Of a stretch of 64,000 bases of DNA, positions 58,485 through 64,000 are shown piece by piece. Position numbers and translations under genes: made by a program. This DNA is from Gammaproteobacteria bacterium (GTDB lineage: Bacteria > Pseudomonadota > Gammaproteobacteria > Steroidobacterales > PWYM01). Location: positions 472-64,471 of the forward strand of contig RECU01000063.1 of the NCBI GenBank assembly GCA_007693855.1. The letters are read 5' to 3'. Numbering within the stretch: position 1 is the first letter of the stretch; every line of letters begins with the position of its first letter. The notes under the pieces were generated by a model. The model ran no database searches and had not been told where the DNA came from. It was given only the letters and a program-made list of their open reading frames with translations.

Positions 58485-60116
58485 ATGAAACGACTCACAC
58501 CATTGGCCCTGGCCATGGCGCTCGCCTACTCCGCCAGCGCCTCGGCCGCATTACTCAACGGCAATTTCGCGGAATACGATCCCCCTCAGGACGGCTCGAC
58601 TGCAGGTTACGACCAGAGCGAAGGCCCACCCGGCTGGTACGTCACTGCCACGGTGAGCGGCGGCTCGGTGGTCTATGACGCCGCAGGCGCTGCGACCAGC
58701 GGTGGTTACTGGCTGTACGAGGCACCCATTACCAGGGGCTTCGGCGACAGCAAGTTCGAGCAGTGCGTCGCGGTGACCGACGCCGAGGCGCTGGAGATCA
58801 GCTACTCGGTGTTTGCCGACACGCCCACCGTGGACGCCACCGCGCTGGGCATCCGCGTCAATCCCAACTTCTACGCGAACCTCGAGGACTGCCTGGAGGC
58901 CCAGGCACTCGACGCCGGCGGCAACCGCCTGAGCGATGGCGGCGCACGCCCGAACGACAATGTCGACTTCACGCTGGGCGCCGACGACGGCAACCAGTGG
59001 ATCGTGCGCACCCCTGATCAGGAACCCAATCTGCGTTACACCACAGCAGACATCCCGGACGGCACGCGCTTTATGAACCTCAGCATGCGCGCACGCGACA
59101 GGCCGGATGGTGGCCGGACCAATGTCAGCCTGCGACTGGACGACATCCGGGTCGTGCAGGGCGGCGTGGACCGCGTGATCAACGGCAGTTTCACGCATGC
59201 TCCGCTGTTCGACGGCGCCCCGCTGGTCACCGGCGGCGGCTGGGTCGTCAACCGCGGCGGCGACGCGGACCTGAAGGCTGCGGTCGGCCCGACAACTTTC
59301 GCGCTCTCCGGCGACAACGTGTTCTACTTCGAAACGCTGACCGGCAACTTCGGCCTGAACGGTCTCGACCAGTGTTTCTCCCTGGACGGGGCGGACATCC
59401 GGCCCTCACTGTTCGCGCTCACGCAGCGCCCGGACCCGGAGCTGCAGATCCGCGTCAACGTGGATTTCTTCACCGACGACAGCTGCACGACGGAAGCCGC
59501 GAGCGGACTGCGTATCCGGGAAGACTTCGTGCTTGATGGCGAGGCCGGCGAGTGGCTGCCACTGGTCGCTGGCACCAGCCGCGGACCTGGCGAGTACGCG
59601 GACGCCACCCATGCGCTGCTCAGCATTCGGGCACGTGACCGGACCAACGCTGCAGGCGATGGCCCCGGCGAGTTTACACGGGCCGTGGCTATCGATGATG
59701 TCAGCGTTGCTGCCGGCGTGGCCACGCCAACGTTCAGCCCGCCGCCCGGGTCCTTCGTCGATTCGGTGACGGTGACGCTGTCCTCGTCGACCGATGGTGC
59801 GGTGATTTACTACACCCTCGACGGCTCGGACCCGGACGACACCTCTGCCAACGTACCGAGCGGTGGCACGGTGGAGATCACCTCCAGCTCGACCCTGACG
59901 GCGCGGGCGTTCGCCGATGGCGAGTTCTCGGGTCCGCGTGCCGGTGACTACACCATCACCGCCCCGCCCCCGCCGCCGCCCCCGCCGCCGCGTGAGCTGA
60001 GCACCGGCTGCAGCGTGTCGGGCCAGCCTTCACCGCTGGATCCGACACTCTGGGTGCTCGCGGGCCTGGCCGGCATGAGCATACTCTGGAGACGGCGCCG
60101 GACACGACAGCGCTAG
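58485..60116 (+). CDS. exported protein: two CBM4/9-like beta-sandwich modules, a chitobiase/hexosaminidase-C-like domain, a Pro9 linker and a C-terminal sorting signal
   Basis: Signal peptide (..SASA|ALL). Duplicated modules at aa 23-225 and 231-409. PTFSPPPGSF..AVIYYTLDGSDP matches the CHB_HEX_C-type domain. The tail is STGCSVSGQPSPLDPT-LWVLAGLAGMSILW-RRRRTRQR. It lies 21 nt after the porin gene. Confidence 0.8.
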   Translation: MKRLTPLALAMALAYSASASAALLNGNFAEYDPPQDGSTAGYDQSEGPPGWYVTATVSGGSVVYDAAGAATSGGYWLYEAPITRGFGDSKFEQCVAVTDAEALEISYSVFADTPTVDATALGIRVNPNFYANLEDCLEAQALDAGGNRLSDGGARPNDNVDFTLGADDGNQWIVRTPDQEPNLRYTTADIPDGTRFMNLSMRARDRPDGGRTNVSLRLDDIRVVQGGVDRVINGSFTHAPLFDGAPLVTGGGWVVNRGGDADLKAAVGPTTFALSGDNVFYFETLTGNFGLNGLDQCFSLDGADIRPSLFALTQRPDPELQIRVNVDFFTDDSCTTEAASGLRIREDFVLDGEAGEWLPLVAGTSRGPGEYADATHALLSIRARDRTNAAGDGPGEFTRAVAIDDVSVAAGVATPTFSPPPGSFVDSVTVTLSSSTDGAVIYYTLDGSDPDDTSANVPSGGTVEITSSSTLTARAFADGEFSGPRAGDYTITAPPPPPPPPPRELSTGCSVSGQPSPLDPTLWVLAGLAGMSILWRRRRTRQR

Positions 60117-60149
60117 CTGCTGCCAGGCTGCTGGCCTGAACCTGGCAAG

Positions 60150-60181
60150 GCCCACCGGCGCGATGCGTCGGTGGGCTTTTC
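60150..60181 (+). terminator. Rho-independent terminator after the porin/cargo operon
   Basis: gcccaccg-N11-cggtgggc followed by TTTT, 33 nt after the stop. Confidence 0.6.
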
Positions 60182-60184
60182 TGC

Positions 60185-61135
60185 TCAGCGTTCGGTCGTC
60201 GCCGCATCCCTGACCTTGCGCTTGCGCTCCACGGCGCGCCTGCCCGGACCGCCCTTCATCGCTTCGCGACAATGGTCGTAGAACGCATCGGCGAGCCTCG
60301 TTTCCCCGACTCCGGCGGGCGTCATGAACACGTACTCCTGGAGAATCTTCGGACGAAACGGCACGAGCACAATGCCCGTATCCACGTAGCGCTGCGCCAG
60401 CAGATCGCTGACCAGGGCAATGCCCACCCCGGCCCCGGAAAACGCACACGCGGCGCCGACATGGTGAGTCTCCAGGCGAATCGATGGACGCACGCGCGCC
60501 TCACGAAACGCCTCCTCGATGCGCATGCGCGTCTCGCCGCCACGCCCGATCAGGATCAGCGGCTCACCGTCGAGATCCCCCGCACCCAGAGACCGCTTGT
60601 CCGCCAGCCGATGCCCCTCGGGTACCGCGCACACGGTCGTGGCCACCTGCAGGGGCCGCACGGTGATGCCGGGATGCTCGACAGGCAGTTTGCCGAAACC
60701 GCAATCCACACTGCGCGTGGAGACCAGGTTGATGATCGAGGGCCGGCTGCGTGAGTCCAGCGACAGCTGCACCTTGGGTCGCGACTCCATGAAACCTGCG
60801 ATGATCCCGACCAGCGGCCCCTCGGCAAAACTCGGCACGGCAACGACCCGCAGGTGGCCTGCATCGAGCTGCTGCATGTTCGCGGCCAGACTTGCGATCC
60901 GGTCCAGGCCCACGAAGGCAAGGTCCACCTCCTCGAACAGCAGCATCGCCTGAGGTGTTGGTACCAGCCTGCCCTTCTCACGGTGGAAGATGGCGAAACC
61001 CAGCTCCTGCTCGAGCTGTGCCAGCAGCCGACTGACCGCAGGCTGACTCAAGCCCAGTCGCTTGGCCGCAGCGGTCACCGAACCCATGCGGATGATCTCG
61101 CGAAAGCCCTCGAGACTGCGCAGGCTGAGCTTCAC
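60185..61135 (-). CDS. LysR family transcriptional regulator
   Basis: N-terminal HTH (..GSVTAAAKRLGLSQPAVSRLLAQLEQELGF..F.R) with a LysR substrate-binding domain. It is divergent from the TonB-dependent receptor. Confidence 0.9.
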   Translation of the reverse strand: MKLSLRSLEGFREIIRMGSVTAAAKRLGLSQPAVSRLLAQLEQELGFAIFHREKGRLVPTPQAMLLFEEVDLAFVGLDRIASLAANMQQLDAGHLRVVAVPSFAEGPLVGIIAGFMESRPKVQLSLDSRSRPSIINLVSTRSVDCGFGKLPVEHPGITVRPLQVATTVCAVPEGHRLADKRSLGAGDLDGEPLILIGRGGETRMRIEEAFREARVRPSIRLETHHVGAACAFSGAGVGIALVSDLLAQRYVDTGIVLVPFRPKILQEYVFMTPAGVGETRLADAFYDHCREAMKGGPGRRAVERKRKVRDAATTER

Positions 61136-61186
61136 CGGTTCACCCCATACCGCCAGCGTATGGCCTGATCAACAAAGCCAATAATC

Positions 61187-61216
61187 TTGCGGACTTCGGC
61201 ATGCCGTTCCTAGACT
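61187..61216 (+). promoter_or_regulatory. candidate sigma70 promoter for the second receptor gene (TTGCGG-N18-TAGACT)
   Basis: Hexamer match in the 147-bp divergent spacer. Sequence match only. Confidence 0.3.
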
Positions 61217-61282
61217 CGGGAAAACGCTGAAACACTCAGGCTGTCTGTTTGCAGCCACAATCATTACCGGGGAGAAGATTTC

Positions 61283-64000
61283 ATGGCGAACCGCAGGAAG
61301 TATACCGGAAGACTGTCCCTGAGCAGGCTGGCGGTGCGGGCAGCACTGTTGCCGGTCGCAGCAACCGGGCTGAGCGTCTCGGCGGTTGCGCAGGACACCA
61401 CAACCAGGACCATTGACGAAGTCGTCGTCACCGGCTCGCGCATTGTGCGTCGCGACATGGATTCGGTGGGGCCGCTGACCACGATCACCCAGGACGATAT
61501 CGCCGCGGTCGCGCCGCTGGGCATCGGGCAGATCCTGCAGTCGCTGCCGGCCGCCGGTGTCAGCCTGAACTCCAACGGCACGCAGGGCACCTCGTTTGGT
61601 GTCAGCTCCGCAAACCTGCGCTACCTCGGCAGTGTCGAGGGCAGCGGCAACCGCACGCTGGTGCTGGTCGATGGCCGACGCTGGATCAACGCGGTGGGCG
61701 GTCGGGGTTTTCGCGACTTCGTCGACCTCAACACCATCCCGATGGGCATCGTGGACTCCGTCGAAGTCCTCAAGGATGGCGCCTCCGCCATTTACGGCGC
61801 CGATGCCATCTCCGGCGTCATCAATATCCGCACCCGCCGCGACGTCGACGGGCTAGAGGCCACTTTCACCGGTGGCCAGACATCACGCTCGGACGGTCGC
61901 AATCTGGGCCTGCAGCTGGTCTACGGCAACCAGTTCGAACGCAGCTCCATCCTGCTGTCGGCCAACTACGTCGATGTCGAGCCGATCTTCACCACCGACC
62001 GGCGGCTGACAACCAGGACGTCCGTCCCGCTGACCTCGCCACCCGTCAGTCCGCGCGGACTCTTCGCGCTGCCGGGCCTGACTACGGGCGCGCAGCGCCT
62101 GACGCGGATTCCCGGCGCGGCAGGGACGGCGCCCGGTGACTTCCGTCTCGCCAGCTTGCCTGATGACGACTTCAATCCGCTGGCACAGGGTCTCTACCTT
62201 GGCGGCCCCAGTGAGCGCATCGGCCTGTTCGGCCGCGTCACCAGCGAGCTGACCAGCAGCACCACCATGTATACCGAGGCGCTGTTCAACCGGCGGCAAT
62301 CGAGTCAGCTGTTCTCACCGTTTCCGCTGAACATCACGGGTGCCCAGGGCTACACCATCCCCGCAGATCATCCGTTCAACCCCTTCGATGTGGACTTTGC
62401 CGGCGGCACCAACCTGCGGTTGCAACGCTGGCTCGATGATGTCGGCAACCGCAGCAACAATCAGGACGTCAAGACGCTGCGCGTGCTGACGGGCTTTGAA
62501 GGAAACGTCAATGTCTTCTCGCGCGACTGGCTCTGGGACGCCTTCGGCTCCTACTCGCAGAACGAGGCGACGTTCATCTCGCTGAACCAGGTCGTGTTCG
62601 ACCGCATTGCGCTGGCGCTGGGTCCCAACGACCGCTGTGTTGCCAACAACTGCGTGCCGCTGAACATCTTCGGCACCATCACCCCGGAGATGGCCGACTA
62701 CATCCGTCAGACGGCACGCGATGAACACCGCACCACGATGATCAATGCCGGCTTCAACGTCACCGGGTCGCTGGTGGAGTTGCCGGCAGGCCCCCTCGGC
62801 GTCGCCTCTGGCGTGGAGTTCCGTCGCGAGACGGGTCTCGACCGCCCGGACGAAGGCGTCAACCTGCCGGCGCAGTTCGTGACCACCAACCGCACCTCGG
62901 GTGCACCGCGCGACGGCACCTCGGGCAGCTACAACGTCAAGGAGGCCTTCCTCGAGTTCGACATCCCGCTGCTCGCCGACACGCCGGGGTTCAACCGGCT
63001 GGACCTGAGCGCCGCGGTCCGCCACTCCGACTACAGCACCTTCGGCAGTGAGACTACCAGCAAGCTGGGTCTGGCCTGGCGGCCGATCGAGGACGTGCTG
63101 CTGCGCGGTACGTGGTCGGAGGGGTTCCGCGCACCGTCCATCCTGGAACTCTTCCAGGGCGGTCGTGAAACCAACTTCCCGGCCATTGATCCCTGCAACG
63201 GCGGCGGCGCGGGCCTGCCCGGCTGTGCCGGTGTACCCACCACCTACAACCAGGCGAACTTCGGATCAGGCCTGATTCGCGGTCTCACCGGTGGCAATCC
63301 GGACCTGCTCGCCGAGACGGCTGAGACCGTCAGCGTAGGCCTGGTCCTTACACCGCGGTTCGTCGAAGGCCTGTCGTTCTCCATCGACTGGTTCAAGATC
63401 GACATCGAGGATGCGATCGCCTTCCGCAGTGCCCAGGCCATCCTCTCGGCCTGCGCCAACCAGGGCGGGGCCAACTGCAACCTGGTTCAGCGCGACCCGA
63501 CCACCGGCGAGGTGCTGCGCCTGCTGCAGTCGGTCAGCAACTTCGCTGCGGTCGAGGTCGAGGGCGTGGACTTCACCGTCCGCTATGGGTTCACGACGCC
63601 AATTGGTGATTTCACCACCGTATTTGACGCCTCGCGGCTGATCCATTTCATCAACAAAGTTCCACAGCCAGACGGCAGCGTGGTGGTAGAGGAACGCGCG
63701 GGGCTGGGCGACAGGGCGCGCAGCACATTGCCTCACTGGAAGGGCACAGGCTCGCTGCGCTGGAGCCAGGGCCCATTTGAAGCCGGCTGGCGCGGCCGCT
63801 ATATCGGCAGCTCGACAGATGTACCGAATAACCCCGTCAACGGTGGCAGGCACGGCTCGATCATCTATCATGACCTGCAGTTCGTTTATAACCTCGACCA
63901 GTTCGATGCCAGCGTCACGCTCGGCATCGACAATGTGACCGACCGTTCTCCGCCGGCATCACGTGCCAATGCGCCCATCAACTTCGACATCTACACCTAC
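61283..64000 (+). CDS. TonB-dependent receptor, 3' end outside window (>=906 codons)
   Basis: It is not in the ORF track because there is no stop in the window. I translated it by hand from ATG 61283 (GGAGAAG 5 nt upstream). The product reads MANRRKYTGRLSLS..AQDTTTRTIDEVVVTGSRI..TLVLVDGRRW..VEVLKDGASAIYGADAISGVINI..RGTWSEGFRAPSILELF.. The frame is still open at 64000. Confidence 0.9.
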   Translation, partial: MANRRKYTGRLSLSRLAVRAALLPVAATGLSVSAVAQDTTTRTIDEVVVTGSRIVRRDMDSVGPLTTITQDDIAAVAPLGIGQILQSLPAAGVSLNSNGTQGTSFGVSSANLRYLGSVEGSGNRTLVLVDGRRWINAVGGRGFRDFVDLNTIPMGIVDSVEVLKDGASAIYGADAISGVINIRTRRDVDGLEATFTGGQTSRSDGRNLGLQLVYGNQFERSSILLSANYVDVEPIFTTDRRLTTRTSVPLTSPPVSPRGLFALPGLTTGAQRLTRIPGAAGTAPGDFRLASLPDDDFNPLAQGLYLGGPSERIGLFGRVTSELTSSTTMYTEALFNRRQSSQLFSPFPLNITGAQGYTIPADHPFNPFDVDFAGGTNLRLQRWLDDVGNRSNNQDVKTLRVLTGFEGNVNVFSRDWLWDAFGSYSQNEATFISLNQVVFDRIALALGPNDRCVANNCVPLNIFGTITPEMADYIRQTARDEHRTTMINAGFNVTGSLVELPAGPLGVASGVEFRRETGLDRPDEGVNLPAQFVTTNRTSGAPRDGTSGSYNVKEAFLEFDIPLLADTPGFNRLDLSAAVRHSDYSTFGSETTSKLGLAWRPIEDVLLRGTWSEGFRAPSILELFQGGRETNFPAIDPCNGGGAGLPGCAGVPTTYNQANFGSGLIRGLTGGNPDLLAETAETVSVGLVLTPRFVEGLSFSIDWFKIDIEDAIAFRSAQAILSACANQGGANCNLVQRDPTTGEVLRLLQSVSNFAAVEVEGVDFTVRYGFTTPIGDFTTVFDASRLIHFINKVPQPDGSVVVEERAGLGDRARSTLPHWKGTGSLRWSQGPFEAGWRGRYIGSSTDVPNNPVNGGRHGSIIYHDLQFVYNLDQFDASVTLGIDNVTDRSPPASRANAPINFDIYTY

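Noticed and set aside
1-64000. A search for CRISPR arrays, IS elements, transposases, integrases, prophage or defence-island genes, rRNA and tRNA.
   Set aside because: I found no regularly spaced direct repeats, no terminal inverted repeats flanking a transposase-like ORF, and no recombinase, phage or recognised defence motifs in any plausible ORF. The intein is the only selfish element I could support.

Overview
This is a GC-rich (about two-thirds G+C by eye, not computed) gammaproteobacterial chromosomal segment. Gene order (mpl, adk and PPi-pfk together; tsaD divergent from rpsU-yqeY-dnaG-rpoD; very large TonB-dependent receptors) resembles Xanthomonadales/Nevskiales-type genomes, but that taxon call is inference. 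All homology calls come from motifs read by eye in the supplied translations; no database search was run. I call 50 protein-coding genes, two of them cut by the window edges. One of these, a TonB-dependent receptor at 61283..>64000, is missing from the ORF track because it has no stop in the window. I found no rRNA, tRNA, CRISPR array, transposase or integrase. Most long ORFs antisense to these genes are GC-driven artefacts.

Content from left to right:
- 1-8 kb: NAGGN osmolyte cluster (asnO-ngg-M42 peptidase), TraB/GumN protein, rubredoxin, hemL, glcB.
- 8-18 kb: a 1138-aa TonB-dependent receptor, Lon-N domain protein, mpl, rnd, adk, PPi-dependent PFK.
- 18-28 kb: an RND adaptor and permease with a translationally coupled ~96-aa protein, a PAS-GGDEF-EAL protein, and a pcm-like/rhodanese/TolC group.
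- 28-37 kb: waaA, a split class II ribonucleotide reductase (nrdJa/nrdJb), a DegP-like protease, slt.
- 37-47 kb: NDUFA9-like protein, aminopeptidase, cca, MidA-like methyltransferase, folM, dbpA, slyX, S41 peptidase, folK, folB, tsaD.
- 47-54 kb: rpsU-yqeY-dnaG-rpoD, a receiver-like/Ser-Thr kinase fusion, a CysB-like regulator.
- 54-64 kb: thiolase/DUF35 pair, CPBP protease, OprO/P-type porin, an exported protein with a C-terminal sorting signal, a LysR regulator, and a second TonB-dependent receptor.

Most noteworthy observations:
1. A candidate C-terminal protein-sorting system at 56.4-60.1 kb. A minimal CPBP intramembrane protease lies divergent from a two-gene operon that encodes the porin and a 543-aa cargo. 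The cargo has two CBM-like modules, a poly-Pro linker and a Cys/LDPT-helix-Arg-rich tail. The operon is preceded by a near-consensus Pho box.
2. A 360-aa intein is inserted exactly at the catalytic NP|CGE site of NrdJa. Both of its LAGLIDADG-like motifs lack the catalytic acidic residue. The nrdJ promoter is flanked by two NrdR-type boxes placed unusually far apart.
3. A degenerate receiver domain fused to a Hanks-type kinase lies directly downstream of rpoD.
4. A small alpha/beta protein is translationally coupled to the RND permease.
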